Both the position numbers and the translations under genes were made by a program. A DNA stretch of 45,436 nt from Candidatus Dojkabacteria bacterium (GTDB taxonomy: Bacteria > Patescibacteriota > Dojkabacteria > JAOAGR01), in the NCBI GenBank assembly GCA_025999155.1, contig AP026679.1, positions 466,699 to 512,134 on the forward strand, read 5' to 3'. Below the pieces are notes generated by a model. The model was not told where the DNA came from and searched no databases. It worked only from the letters and a program-made list of their open reading frames with translations. Of this stretch, positions 10,086 to 19,837 are shown piece after piece; position 1 is the stretch's first letter, and the number at the start of each line of letters is the position of its first letter.

Positions 10086-10113
10086 ATTATACTAGGTCAA
10101 GTTTGTTTTGCAA
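10086..10113 (-). promoter_or_regulatory. Candidate sigma70-type promoter for the tyrS T-box leader
   Basis: On the minus strand: TTGCAA (10108-10113), a 16-nt spacer, then TATAAT (10086-10091). It straddles the sortase stop codon. Confidence 0.45.
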
Positions 10114-10906
10114 TAACTATTAAACGGTCTGTACCAACACCTGGCGGCCAGCATGTCATAAGAGTTACCGTTTTAATATTATCATTAAATGTGTAAATTG
10201 GGCTAATATCATCAGGAGGTACTATCTTAGCTCTTTCTACAATATAAGAATAGATTTGACCATCATATTCGATAGTAATCTCATCGCCAATATCAAGTTT
10301 ATTCAGGAATGTGAATGCTGTCGTTGGTGCATTTGGATTTATTCGCGCCCATATTTCATTAGCGCTATGACCGTAAATGAATGAATTGCCAGGATGATTT
10401 GGAAGAGAAGTCCCTTTGAAATGGGCTAGTTTTGACTCTAATATCGGCAGGTAGACTTTTGAATCGTAGCTGTTAACATTTATAGCGACTGGTAAATTTT
10501 TTATATTGAGTTTTTGGATCGATAGCTTCATTTCTCCTGTAATATTTTCTAGTTCTGGATGTATCTTAGGATCTAGCTTTAAAACCTGATTAGTTATATT
10601 TAAATTCTGAGTCAAATTTGCCGAATAGACCTCATTAAAATTGTAGATAGATTGTAATCCCAGTACATTGTGGCTGCTAGATGCTGTGAGTATAGATTTA
10701 GAAATTTTATTTTCATCGTTTGTCACATTGAGATATATTTGCCCGTATGGGTAAAGTGAGAATATCATTGTGATAAGACCAAATATAAATAATGTAGAGG
10801 CTAGTATGTTTATTATCATCATGCCACCTTTATTACGGTTTAATTGAGAATCTCTAATATTATATTTAAATGAAATATTGGGGTTTTTTGTGTACTTATA
10901 AAGCAT
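10097..10906 (-). CDS. Sortase-family transpeptidase with an N-terminal membrane anchor
   Basis: Catalytic TLMTCWPPG (TLxTC), His in FIYGHSA, Arg in GTDRLIVIA, and TM MMIINILASTLFIFGLITMIFSL. An alternative start at 10822 (MMIIN) is possible. Confidence 0.8.
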   Translation of the reverse strand: MLYKYTKNPNISFKYNIRDSQLNRNKGGMMIINILASTLFIFGLITMIFSLYPYGQIYLNVTNDENKISKSILTASSSHNVLGLQSIYNFNEVYSANLTQNLNITNQVLKLDPKIHPELENITGEMKLSIQKLNIKNLPVAINVNSYDSKVYLPILESKLAHFKGTSLPNHPGNSFIYGHSANEIWARINPNAPTTAFTFLNKLDIGDEITIEYDGQIYSYIVERAKIVPPDDISPIYTFNDNIKTVTLMTCWPPGVGTDRLIVIAKQT

Positions 10907-11150
10907 ACTGGGCAGTCTTAAAGATGTTATAAGTTTTAATATAGACTTTTTAAATATTTTGTAAAGTTTGATAGAAGCTTTTTAAGTGTGGAAATCCTTT
11001 ATATTAATATTGAGAAATTTTTCAGCAATAGTCTTTACACTACTTTTTCCATATTAAACGGTTTATGAGAGCTTAAAATATTTATATATTTAATAATAAT
11101 TGTGTGTTTTAATGTCTTTTAATGATGATGTTTATGGGAGTTGCATTTTT

Positions 11151-11179
11151 TGTAAATATATAGTACATTTTCAGAGTCT
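11151..11179 (+). promoter_or_regulatory. Weak candidate promoter upstream of tuf
   Basis: TTGCAT (11151-11156), a 17-nt spacer, then TACATT (11174-11179), inside the 334-bp AT-rich intergenic region. Motif match only. Confidence 0.3.
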
Positions 11180-11240
11180 TTACGACTAGAGTTTATAAAT
11201 ATTTACTAATTTAAGTTTTATAATTAAAATATCAAGAATT

Positions 11241-12428
11241 ATGGCAGGTACATTTCAAAGAACAAAACCACATGTAAATGTGGGTACAATTGGTCACGTT
11301 GATCATGGAAAGACGACGTTGACTGCAGCTATTCTTGCTGTTTTAGCTCGCGCGGGATTTCAAGCAGATGCTTTAGGAGTAGATGGTATTGATAAAGCTC
11401 CTGAAGAAAAGGCAAGGGGTATTACCATTAATGCTACTCATGTGGAGTACGAGACAGAGGCTCGTCATTATGCTCATGTCGACTGTCCTGGTCATGCAGA
11501 TTATATAAAGAATATGATCACGGGCGCTGCTCAAATGGATGGTGCTATCTTAGTCGTAGCTGCTACTGATGGGCCTATGCCTCAGACAAGAGAGCATATC
11601 TTATTGGCAAGACAGGTTGGTGTGCCCAAACTTGTTGTTTTCCTAAATAAGTGTGACATGGTAGATGATCCGGAAATGATAGACTTGGTAGAACAAGAAG
11701 TGAGGGATTTGTTGTCGAAATATGGTTTTGATTCTGATACAACTCCTGTTATTCGAGGTTCTGCTTTAAAAGCTTTGGAGGAAAATGAAGTTGGAGAGTG
11801 GTCGAAAAAGATTTTAGAGTTAATGAATTCTGTGGATAATTATATCCCTACGCCCGTTAGAGATATTGATAGGCCGTTTTTAATGCCTATAGAGGATGTA
11901 TTCCAAATACAGGGTCGAGGTACTGTTGTTACAGGTCGAATAGAGCGTGGTGTTGTAAAAGTCGGTGATTCTGTTGATTTAATCGGCCTTGGAAAAGATA
12001 AGAAAAGTGTTGTTACAGGTGTGGAAATGTTTAAAAAATCATTGGATCAGGGGCAAGCTGGAGATAATGTAGGTTTGTTATTAAGAGGTGTTGAAAAAGA
12101 TGATGTTATGAGAGGAATGGTCGTTGCTGCTCCCGGTACTGTTACACCACATAATAAGTTTGTTGCAGAGGTGTATGTGTTGACCGCAGAGGAGGGAGGA
12201 AGAAAGACTCCATTTGTTACTGGTTATAGACCTCAGTTTTATATTAGAACTACAGATGTTACTGGTGAAGTCAAGATTTTGAATGCTGAAATGGCTATGC
12301 CGGGTGATAATATACAGATGGAGGTTGTATTAATAGAAAAAGTTGCGTTGGAAGAAGGTATGAGGTTTGCTATTCGAGAAGGTGGAAAAACTGTCGGTGC
12401 TGGAGTTGTAACTAAAATCATCGAATGA
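11241..12428 (+). CDS. tuf: Elongation factor Tu
   Basis: [18 protein letters not shown] and NKCD GTPase motifs. 395 aa, ending ...VVTKIIE with a TGA stop. Confidence 0.97.
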   Translation: MAGTFQRTKPHVNVGTIGHVDHGKTTLTAAILAVLARAGFQADALGVDGIDKAPEEKARGITINATHVEYETEARHYAHVDCPGHADYIKNMITGAAQMDGAILVVAATDGPMPQTREHILLARQVGVPKLVVFLNKCDMVDDPEMIDLVEQEVRDLLSKYGFDSDTTPVIRGSALKALEENEVGEWSKKILELMNSVDNYIPTPVRDIDRPFLMPIEDVFQIQGRGTVVTGRIERGVVKVGDSVDLIGLGKDKKSVVTGVEMFKKSLDQGQAGDNVGLLLRGVEKDDVMRGMVVAAPGTVTPHNKFVAEVYVLTAEEGGRKTPFVTGYRPQFYIRTTDVTGEVKILNAEMAMPGDNIQMEVVLIEKVALEEGMRFAIREGGKTVGAGVVTKIIE

Positions 12429-12745
12429 TGAATATGCAGATTATTCGAATTAAAATCAAGGGTTTTGAACCAGTTATTGTTGATACAGCAGCAAAAAAAA
12501 TTGTCGATATAGCTTTAATGACAGGGGCGCAGGTTGCGGGCCCTGTGCCTTTGCCTACAAGAATAAAAAAATGGACGGTTCTTAGGTCGCCTAATATAGA
12601 TAAGAGATCTCAAGAGACCTTTGAATTGAAGACTTCTATAAGATTGATAGATATCAGGAACAGTAATCAAAAGACTATTGATGCTTTGCAGTATCTAGAA
12701 TTACCTTCTGGGGTAGCGGCAGACATACAAGTAATAGATAAGTAA
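12425..12745 (+). CDS. rpsJ: 30S ribosomal protein S10
   Basis: [10 protein letters not shown]...[25 protein letters not shown]. The start overlaps the tuf stop (ATGA). Confidence 0.95.
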   Translation: MMNMQIIRIKIKGFEPVIVDTAAKKIVDIALMTGAQVAGPVPLPTRIKKWTVLRSPNIDKRSQETFELKTSIRLIDIRNSNQKTIDALQYLELPSGVAADIQVIDK

Positions 12746-12751
12746 GGTACT

Positions 12752-13312
12752 ATGTTGCTTGCAAGAAAAAAAGGAATGACACGTGTTTTCGATGATGAAG
12801 GGGTTTCTGTACCAGTAACTATACTAGATTTTTCGGATACAAGGATCATTCGTGGGCTAAAAAATTCGGGTTTATTTATAGGGATAGGATATAACAAATC
12901 TCCGAAAAACCCTCAGAAAGGTATTTTTGGTGAAGATGATGTGCCTGAATATGCTATAAAGTTAGTTGACGATGTTGCTTGTCTCGATGAATTTTCTGTT
13001 GGAGATATAGTAACTGTTTCTGGTATGTCAAAAGGTAAAGGTTTTGCTGGTGTGGTTAAGAGATGGGGCTTCCATGGTGGTAATCGTACACATGGTCAAA
13101 GCGACCGGGAAAGGCATCCAGGTTCTATAGGAGCGGGTACCACGACGGGTAGAGTTTTCAAAGGTTTGAAGATGGCTGGACATATGGGTGTAAAGAGGGT
13201 AACAATACGCGGTTTACGTGTTTTGGATTTTGATAAGGATAATCATTTATTGACTGTGATTGGTACAGTGCCTGGTTCGTATGGTTCAATTATTGAAATA
13301 TACAAACAATGA
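12752..13312 (+). CDS. rplC: 50S ribosomal protein L3
   Basis: [22 protein letters not shown] and [23 protein letters not shown]. 186 aa, which is short. Confidence 0.95.
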   Translation: MLLARKKGMTRVFDDEGVSVPVTILDFSDTRIIRGLKNSGLFIGIGYNKSPKNPQKGIFGEDDVPEYAIKLVDDVACLDEFSVGDIVTVSGMSKGKGFAGVVKRWGFHGGNRTHGQSDRERHPGSIGAGTTTGRVFKGLKMAGHMGVKRVTIRGLRVLDFDKDNHLLTVIGTVPGSYGSIIEIYKQ

Positions 13313-13920
13313 TGGTGAATGTGATAAAGTCTAATACTGTTGAAACATTAGAAATTCCTGATGTTTCTAGTCATTTAATTAAAGATAATTACATATCTTT
13401 GATTGCGAGAGTTTTAGGACAGAATACAAGGCAAGGAACTAAAAAAGCAAAAACAAGATCAGAAGTAAAAGGTAAATCTGCAAAACCGTACAGACAGAAA
13501 GGAACAGGTTATGCCAGACAAGGTTCAAGAAAAGCTCCCCATTTTAGGGGTGGAGGTGTGGCACATGGTCCTATGCCTGATTACACAAAGTTGCGATTAA
13601 ATAAAAAGTTTAAAAGAATGGTTTTAGTTAATATTTTAAAGAAGTATTTATTGGAGGGCAGACTTGGTTTTATCGATTTGTCTGAAGGTAAAGATGTGCG
13701 TATTTTTGGCTCGCCAATTTTTGAAGGGCGTAGTCTTGTTGTTTACGATTCGAACCATAAAGTTTATGTCAATTACTTAAGGAATATTTCAAATGTAGAT
13801 ATTTTGCCCTTTGTTAGTTTAAGTCCTTTATTGGTTTTGAATTATAATAATCTATATTTTGATTTGAATATTAAAGATACTGTAGTAAGTATGATTACAG
13901 GTAACGATCATGTCGACTAA
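13309..13920 (+). CDS. rplD: 50S ribosomal protein L4
   Basis: [25 protein letters not shown], supported by synteny. Confidence 0.93.
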   Translation: MMVNVIKSNTVETLEIPDVSSHLIKDNYISLIARVLGQNTRQGTKKAKTRSEVKGKSAKPYRQKGTGYARQGSRKAPHFRGGGVAHGPMPDYTKLRLNKKFKRMVLVNILKKYLLEGRLGFIDLSEGKDVRIFGSPIFEGRSLVVYDSNHKVYVNYLRNISNVDILPFVSLSPLLVLNYNNLYFDLNIKDTVVSMITGNDHVD

Positions 13921-14218
13921 AAAGAAACAAGTAATTATAGCTCCTATTATTACTGAATCTTCTTTATTGATGTATAGGAATTCGAAGGTTTGCACTTTTT
14001 GGGTCGATGTTAGATCGAGTAAAAAAGATATTGCTGTTAAATTTGAGGGTTTATATGGTATAAAGCCTATATCTATTAGAACTGCTCTTATTAGAAAGAG
14101 AATAAGTTATAGAAATACTAATGCAAGGTATGAAATTCAAACTTCACGGAAACTTAAAAAGAAAGCTTATATAGACATAGGTCAAAACGTTATAGATATT
14201 TTTGAGAATATAAAGTAG
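13910..14218 (+). CDS. rplW: 50S ribosomal protein L23
   Basis: Lies between rplD and rplB, 102 aa, basic. Confidence 0.85.
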   Translation: MSTKKKQVIIAPIITESSLLMYRNSKVCTFWVDVRSSKKDIAVKFEGLYGIKPISIRTALIRKRISYRNTNARYEIQTSRKLKKKAYIDIGQNVIDIFENIK

Positions 14219-14219
14219 A

Positions 14220-15062
14220 GTGGCATTGAAAAAATTAAAACCAGTCACACCTTCGTCCCGCGGAGTAACTTTAGTCGACTATAGAAGCATAGTCACTAAT
14301 AAGAACCCTTACAAACCATTAACGATACATTTAAAATCCGCGAGGGGCAGAAGTGGTGGAAAAATTACGATGCACCATAAAGGTGGTGGAGTGAAAAAAT
14401 TGTATAGGGTTATTGATTTTTCTCGTCGTATTCGCGATGTTGAAGGTAAAATTAAAACAATAGAGTATGATCCTAACCGTTCTTGTTTCATTTCTTTAGT
14501 ATCATACTCTAACGGTTTGAAAAACTATATTATTACTCCTCAAGATGTAAAAGTAGGAGATAAAATTATTGCTGGTGAAAATGTTCCTGTAGAAGTTGGG
14601 AATGCAGTGCCTTTATCAAGAATACCGGTTGGTACTACCGTACATAATATCGAAATTAATCCGGGTTCGGGGGGCACTCTGGTAAGAGCTGCTGGTACAT
14701 CTGCTGTTGTTATTGGTTTTAGTGGAGATTATGCTCAAATTAGGATGCCTTCGAAGGAAATACGATTAATAAATACGAAGTGTTATGCTACTATTGGTGC
14801 GGTTTCCAATCCTGATTATAAAAATATTTTAAAAGGTAGTGCCGGGAGAAATAGAAGAAAAGGTATCAGGCCTACTGTGAGAGGTATGGTAAAGCCACCT
14901 TCGGCTCATCCTCATGGAGGGGGCGAAGCTAAAGGAGTGATTGGACATATTCCGAAAGATAGGTGGGGTAATGTTCGTGGTAAAATTACTAGAAGGAAAA
15001 GACATCGGTATAATCACATGAGGCTCGTAAATCGAAAAGGACGAAAATTATTGAATAGTTAA
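14220..15062 (+). CDS. rplB: 50S ribosomal protein L2
   Basis: GTG start. GRNRRKGIRPTVRGMVKPPSAHPHGGGE. Confidence 0.96.
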   Translation: MALKKLKPVTPSSRGVTLVDYRSIVTNKNPYKPLTIHLKSARGRSGGKITMHHKGGGVKKLYRVIDFSRRIRDVEGKIKTIEYDPNRSCFISLVSYSNGLKNYIITPQDVKVGDKIIAGENVPVEVGNAVPLSRIPVGTTVHNIEINPGSGGTLVRAAGTSAVVIGFSGDYAQIRMPSKEIRLINTKCYATIGAVSNPDYKNILKGSAGRNRRKGIRPTVRGMVKPPSAHPHGGGEAKGVIGHIPKDRWGNVRGKITRRKRHRYNHMRLVNRKGRKLLNS

Positions 15063-15065
15063 CGT

Positions 15066-15374
15066 ATGTCAAGGTCACTTAAAAAAGGTCCATATATTGA
15101 TCATAAACTACTTAAAAAAGTTCTGGAGGTTAAAGAAAGCGGCCATCGAAAGCCTATTAAAACTTGGTCTAGAGATTGCGTAATACCTCCTGAATTTGTC
15201 GGTGTCACTATTGCAGTTCATAACGGGAGGACACATATACCTGTATTTATTACTGAAGAAATGGTTGGTCATAGATTGGGTGAATTTGCTTTGACTAGGA
15301 CATTCAAGGGTCATGCGGAAAAAGGTAAAGTTGCCAAGGCTACTGGTTCTACAGGTAGAGTTGCTAAAGATTAG
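15066..15374 (+). CDS. rpsS: 30S ribosomal protein S19
   Basis: [19 protein letters not shown]...[24 protein letters not shown]. Confidence 0.96.
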   Translation: MSRSLKKGPYIDHKLLKKVLEVKESGHRKPIKTWSRDCVIPPEFVGVTIAVHNGRTHIPVFITEEMVGHRLGEFALTRTFKGHAEKGKVAKATGSTGRVAKD

Positions 15375-15383
15375 TATAGAATT

Positions 15384-15701
15384 ATGTATGCGAAAACTTC
15401 GAAAATTAATTATACACCTAGGAAGTTGAGGCTAGTAGCTAACCTTATTAAAGGTAGAAAAGCTGAGGAAGCGATGGAATATTTGAAAAATGTCAATAAA
15501 AAAGGGTCATTATTTGTGTATAAAGCTGTTAAGTCTGCTCTAGCTAATGCTCAGAGTAAAGGCTTTAATCCTAGTGATCTTTCTATCGTGGATGTAAGGG
15601 TCGACAGTTCTATTGTATTAAAAAGATTTTTTTATATAAGTCGGGGTAGAGCTCGATTGAAGCTGAAAAGATATTCAACATTAACTATTAGATTAGGATA
15701 A
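15384..15701 (+). CDS. rplV: 50S ribosomal protein L22
   Basis: PRKLRLVANLIKGRKAEEA, supported by synteny. Confidence 0.9.
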   Translation: MYAKTSKINYTPRKLRLVANLIKGRKAEEAMEYLKNVNKKGSLFVYKAVKSALANAQSKGFNPSDLSIVDVRVDSSIVLKRFFYISRGRARLKLKRYSTLTIRLG

Positions 15702-16321
15702 TGGCAAAAAGAGAACATCCAAAAATTTTTAGAATCGGAGTTAACGAAAGGAGTTTATCTAATTGGTTCGCTAATAGCAAAGATTTCGCTGCATTTGTTC
15801 ATCAGGATAAAAAAATTAGGGATATTATTAATAATCTTGCTAAGCCGGCTGGAATAGATCGTGTTTATATTTCTCGAGTTTCTAATAATGTATATGTAGA
15901 CCTTTATGTAGGTAGACCTGGTATAGCTATTGGAAAAGGGGGGGCCGGCATTGAGATGATGGAAAAAACAATTCGTGATCGACTAGGTGTTACCGCAAAA
16001 ATAAGTGTTTATGAGGTTAAACAGCCCTATTTATCTGCTGCACTTGTAGCTCAGTCTATACAAGAGGCTTTAGCTCGTAAGGTTCCCCCTAAAGTTGTAA
16101 TGAAACAGCAAATAGATAAAATTGAAGCTTCAGGAGCTAAAGGTGCAAGAATTGAAATTTCTGGTATTGGTCCTATTAAACAGGCGAGAACTGAACGTGT
16201 GGAAATGCGGGGAGGAAAAATACCTCTAACTACTATTCGTGCAAAGATTGATTATGCTTATACTGATGTCCTAGTAGATAAAAAGCTAGGAATTAAAGTT
16301 TGGATTTATAAAGGTGAATAA
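15701..16321 (+). CDS. rpsC: 30S ribosomal protein S3
   Basis: KH-domain GRPGIAIGKGGAGIE, supported by synteny. Confidence 0.95.
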   Translation: MAKREHPKIFRIGVNERSLSNWFANSKDFAAFVHQDKKIRDIINNLAKPAGIDRVYISRVSNNVYVDLYVGRPGIAIGKGGAGIEMMEKTIRDRLGVTAKISVYEVKQPYLSAALVAQSIQEALARKVPPKVVMKQQIDKIEASGAKGARIEISGIGPIKQARTERVEMRGGKIPLTTIRAKIDYAYTDVLVDKKLGIKVWIYKGE

Positions 16322-16329
16322 TTTAGTCT

Positions 16330-16734
16330 ATGTTAGGTCCTAAAAAAACAAAATATCGAGTATCTTTTGTAAGAAATTTGAAAGGAGTGGCGTCAAAAGG
16401 TACGGAGTTAGTATATGGCGATGTTGGTCTTATGTCTTTGGATAATGCTTTTATTACTCCTAATCAGATAGAGGCAGCAAGAAGAGTGATTGCTAGTACG
16501 ACGAAGCGATCAGGTAAAGTGTGGATTAGAATTTTTCCCGATCAGTCTATGACAGCCAAGCCTTCTAATGTCCGTATGGGGAGTGGGAAAGGTCCTCTAA
16601 AAAATTATGTTGCTGCTGTAAAAGTAGGTAAAATCATCTTTGAAATTGGTGGTGTGAATAAGGATGTTGCCACTTTGGCTTTGACTAAAGCTGCAAAAAA
16701 ACTAGGCATTCATACGAAACTGATTACAAATTGA
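16330..16734 (+). CDS. rplP: 50S ribosomal protein L16
   Basis: MLGPKKTKYRVSF...RMGSGKGPLKNYVA. Confidence 0.95.
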   Translation: MLGPKKTKYRVSFVRNLKGVASKGTELVYGDVGLMSLDNAFITPNQIEAARRVIASTTKRSGKVWIRIFPDQSMTAKPSNVRMGSGKGPLKNYVAAVKVGKIIFEIGGVNKDVATLALTKAAKKLGIHTKLITN

Positions 16735-16736
16735 TC

Positions 16737-16964
16737 ATGGCAAGAAGAATAGATGAATTAAGAAAATTGAGTAAAGAAGAATTGAGAGATATGAAATCAT
16801 CGCTTGTAGCTAGATTCAGAAAGGTGAAAATTCTTCTCAAATCTGGTCAAACTGCTCCAGAAAATATAAATGAATCTCGAGCATTAAAAGTTGATATTGC
16901 TCGAGTAAGTACAGTTTTAAAAGAGTTAGAGTTATTAGAAAAGTTAGATGGTAAGTCAAAATAA
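16737..16964 (+). CDS. rpmC: 50S ribosomal protein L29
   Basis: Small helical protein between rplP and rpsQ. The ATG at 16737 (MARRIDELRKL) is preferred over the TTG at 16731. Confidence 0.85.
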   Translation: MARRIDELRKLSKEELRDMKSSLVARFRKVKILLKSGQTAPENINESRALKVDIARVSTVLKELELLEKLDGKSK

Positions 16965-17196
16965 GATTAGAAAAAGATTTACAGGTACGGTAGTGTCTGC
17001 TAAAATGACAAAAGCTGTTGTTGTCGAGGTGTTACGAAGTGTACCTCATCCGAAGTATAAAAAAGTAGTTAAGATGAAGAAAAGGTTTTATGCTCGGACT
17101 GAAGATCCTTTAAAAGAAGGTGACATTGTCGTTATTGAAGAATCAAGGCCTTTATCTAAATTGATTAGATGGATGGTAGTTGAGAAAAAGTCATAA
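16948..17196 (+). CDS. rpsQ: 30S ribosomal protein S17
   Basis: RKRFTGTVVSAKMTKAVVVEV...YARTEDPLKEGDIVVIEESRPLSK. Confidence 0.93.
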   Translation: MVSQNKIRKRFTGTVVSAKMTKAVVVEVLRSVPHPKYKKVVKMKKRFYARTEDPLKEGDIVVIEESRPLSKLIRWMVVEKKS

Positions 17197-17205
17197 AAAG
17201 TCATT

Positions 17206-17577
17206 ATGATACAGATTGGAAGTGTATTAAAAGTAGCAGATAATTCAGGGGCGCGGTACTTTAAAGTAATAACTGTGCTTGGGGGATCAAAGCGTCGCTT
17301 TGGTTATATTGGAGATATTGTTTCAGGCGTTGTACATAAAGCTGCTCCTGATGGTTCTGTAAGGGATCACGAAAAAGTATACGCTGTTATAGTGAGGACA
17401 AAAAAAGAAAAAAAACGTAAGGATGGTTCTTACATAAGGTTCGATGATAACGCTGTCGTACTAATAAATAAAAAGACTAATGAACCTATTGGTACTGCCG
17501 TTTTCGGTCCAATTGCGAGAGAAATAAAAGACAAAGGATTCAATAAAATTGCAAGTCTGGCTTTAGAGTTATTGTAA
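17206..17577 (+). CDS. rplN: 50S ribosomal protein L14
   Basis: [17 protein letters not shown]... Confidence 0.96.
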   Translation: MIQIGSVLKVADNSGARYFKVITVLGGSKRRFGYIGDIVSGVVHKAAPDGSVRDHEKVYAVIVRTKKEKKRKDGSYIRFDDNAVVLINKKTNEPIGTAVFGPIAREIKDKGFNKIASLALELL

Positions 17578-17583
17578 GTTATT

Positions 17584-17871
17584 ATGAAGGTCAAAAAAGG
17601 AGATAAAGTAAAGGTTTTGGTAGGGAAATACAAGGGTAAAGAAGGTGTAGTTTTAAAGACATTTCCAAAGAAGCAGCTGATAATAGTTGAAGGAGTTAAT
17701 ATAAGAAAGAAATCTTTGAAAAAGAATGCTTACAGATTTAAGAATGATTCTTCTGATAATATAAATGATGAGAATTTTAAATATATCCTTCTCCCTATTC
17801 ATGTTTCTAATGTGAAAGTGATAGAAACTGTTAATAATAATATGAAGGATTCGGGTGATTCAGAAAGTTAG
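17584..17871 (+). CDS. rplX: 50S ribosomal protein L24
   Basis: [22 protein letters not shown] (KOW motif), supported by synteny. Confidence 0.9.
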   Translation: MKVKKGDKVKVLVGKYKGKEGVVLKTFPKKQLIIVEGVNIRKKSLKKNAYRFKNDSSDNINDENFKYILLPIHVSNVKVIETVNNNMKDSGDSES

Positions 17872-17896
17872 GTGAGAGTAGAGATCTGTTTAATGC

Positions 17897-18709
17897 ATGA
17901 AGAAAAAACGATATAAATCAATTGATATTTCAGTTCTTAAAAATAAAATAAAGAATGGTCTTTTTGTTGTGGGTACTAATGCTATATGTGAGTTGATAAA
18001 TTCTTTTCATGAATATTTTGATTTTATTGTTTTACCGGAGAATTACCGCTCAAAAAAGATACATGATGTCCTGCTAAAAGGAGCTCGGTATGGAGTGGAA
18101 ACATTGTTTAATGATAGAATTTTGAATTTTGTCAATAGTTTGAATGTTGATGGGTCGGATGTTAGGTCGATTGCGTTTTTGAAGGAACATATACATAAGT
18201 ATTACTCTTTAGATGAGGTATACAATTTATTCAAAAATAAACAATTTTGCATAGCTGTAGCGTTATACAATATAGACTATGATCAAAATTTGGGCTCTAT
18301 ATTACGGACTTGTGCTGCGTTTAATGTGGATTTTGTTGTTGTTCCAAACAGTCAGCAAAGAATTTTCTCTCCTGTCGTTACAAGGGTATCTATGGGGTAC
18401 AATTATTTTGTGCCTGTTGTTAGAGAAAATTTTTTACTGGCTGTAGATAATTTAAACAAACTTGGGTTTGATATAGTTGCTTTAGATACAGGTGGTGAAA
18501 ATATTGAAAATGTGGTGTATAATAACTGGACTTGTTTTATTGTAGGGAATGAAGGAAGTGGATTAACAGATACGGTATTTAAGAAAAGCGATTTAGTAGT
18601 AAGAATACCGACAAGTTCTCTTGTGGAGTCTTTAAACGTTACAGTAAGTTTGGGTGTAGCTTTATATGATAGAAACAAAAAAATAAATGAGCTTAAAAGA
18701 GCAGTTTAA
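17897..18709 (+). CDS. SpoU/TrmH-family 2'-O-ribose RNA methyltransferase inserted between rplX and rplE
   Basis: All three SpoU motifs are present: NLGSILRTCAAFNV, FIVGNEGSGL and VRIPTSSLVESLNVTVSLGVALYD. 270 aa with a ~120-aa N-terminal domain. The 3' end overlaps rplE by 23 nt. Confidence 0.8.
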   Translation: MKKKRYKSIDISVLKNKIKNGLFVVGTNAICELINSFHEYFDFIVLPENYRSKKIHDVLLKGARYGVETLFNDRILNFVNSLNVDGSDVRSIAFLKEHIHKYYSLDEVYNLFKNKQFCIAVALYNIDYDQNLGSILRTCAAFNVDFVVVPNSQQRIFSPVVTRVSMGYNYFVPVVRENFLLAVDNLNKLGFDIVALDTGGENIENVVYNNWTCFIVGNEGSGLTDTVFKKSDLVVRIPTSSLVESLNVTVSLGVALYDRNKKINELKRAV

Positions 18710-19226
18710 AAAAATAATAATGTTTGATTTAATGAAAAGTCTTGGGTTGTTTAACCCAATGGCTGTGCCTATGGTATCCAAAGTAGTAATTAATTCTGGA
18801 TTGGGTGATGCTTTGGTAGATAAAACTCTGATAGATCGTATGTCTCAGGATATCTCTATGCTGTCGGGACAAAAGCCTAAAGTTACTAGAGCTCGAAAAG
18901 ACATATCAAATTTCAATAGGCTAAAGAAAGGAGATGCTATTGGTCTTATGGTTACTTTGAGAGGAGATAGGATGTGGGATTTCTTGGATAAATTTGTGTC
19001 TGTCACACTTCCGGGCATCAAAGACTTTAGGGGTCTTTCGCGCAAATCTTTTGATGGATCAGGGAATTATAGTATTGGCATAAAAAATCATGCTGTTTTT
19101 TTGGAAGTTGATCAAAATAGGGTTGACTCTCCCAGAGGGTTGCAAGTTGTTATACATACTACTACGTCTAGAGACGAAGATGCTTATGTTTTACTTAAGA
19201 GTTTGGGTTTTCCGTTTAGAGATTGA
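18687..19226 (+). CDS. rplE: 50S ribosomal protein L5
   Basis: [20 protein letters not shown]...[10 protein letters not shown]...[17 protein letters not shown]. Confidence 0.94.
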   Translation: MSLKEQFKKIIMFDLMKSLGLFNPMAVPMVSKVVINSGLGDALVDKTLIDRMSQDISMLSGQKPKVTRARKDISNFNRLKKGDAIGLMVTLRGDRMWDFLDKFVSVTLPGIKDFRGLSRKSFDGSGNYSIGIKNHAVFLEVDQNRVDSPRGLQVVIHTTTSRDEDAYVLLKSLGFPFRD

Positions 19227-19228
19227 TT

Positions 19229-19426
19229 ATGTCTAAAAAATCAAAGTTGGCAAAATATTTTAAAATGCTGAATCAAGATTTGAAGTATTCTACAAGGTTG
19301 CGTAGAAGATGTCCTATTTGTGGTAGACCACGTGCGTATATAAGGCATTTTGATATGTGTAGGATCTGTTTTAGGAATATGGCTAGACAAGGCCTTATTC
19401 CAGGTGTTCGTAAATCTAGTTGGTAG
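19229..19426 (+). CDS. rpsN: 30S ribosomal protein S14 (zinc-binding type Z)
   Basis: [22 protein letters not shown]...SW. The ATG at 19229 is preferred. Confidence 0.93.
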   Translation: MSKKSKLAKYFKMLNQDLKYSTRLRRRCPICGRPRAYIRHFDMCRICFRNMARQGLIPGVRKSSW

Positions 19427-19437
19427 TAATTTATTAT

Positions 19438-19836
19438 ATGGAAAAAAAAGTTAGAAAAACTCATGATATTCTTTCGGATGTATTGACGCGTATGCGTAAC
19501 GCTATAGCGTCCAATAAAGAGTTTGTTGTCTTGCCAAAAACTAAAATGGTTTTAGAGGTGCTTAAGGTGATGTCCAATTACGGTTATATAAATCAGTACC
19601 AAGAAAATGAAGTCGGAGATATTGTTGTATATCTTAAGACAGAATTGGGTTATAGGTTTAAACATTTAGAAAGAGTATCTAAACCTGGTCTGAGAATATA
19701 CGTCTCGGCAAAGGATATTAGACCTGTCAAGGGTGGTAAAGGATTGTCTATAATTTCTACTTCTCGTGGTGTAATGTCTGGTGATCAAGCAAAGAAAGCA
19801 GGTATAGGTGGCGAATATTTATGTAATATATGGTGA
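19438..19836 (+). CDS. rpsH: 30S ribosomal protein S8
   Basis: HDILSDVLTRMRNA...GGEYLCNIW. ATG at 19438. Confidence 0.93.
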   Translation: MEKKVRKTHDILSDVLTRMRNAIASNKEFVVLPKTKMVLEVLKVMSNYGYINQYQENEVGDIVVYLKTELGYRFKHLERVSKPGLRIYVSAKDIRPVKGGKGLSIISTSRGVMSGDQAKKAGIGGEYLCNIW

Positions 19837-19837
19837 T

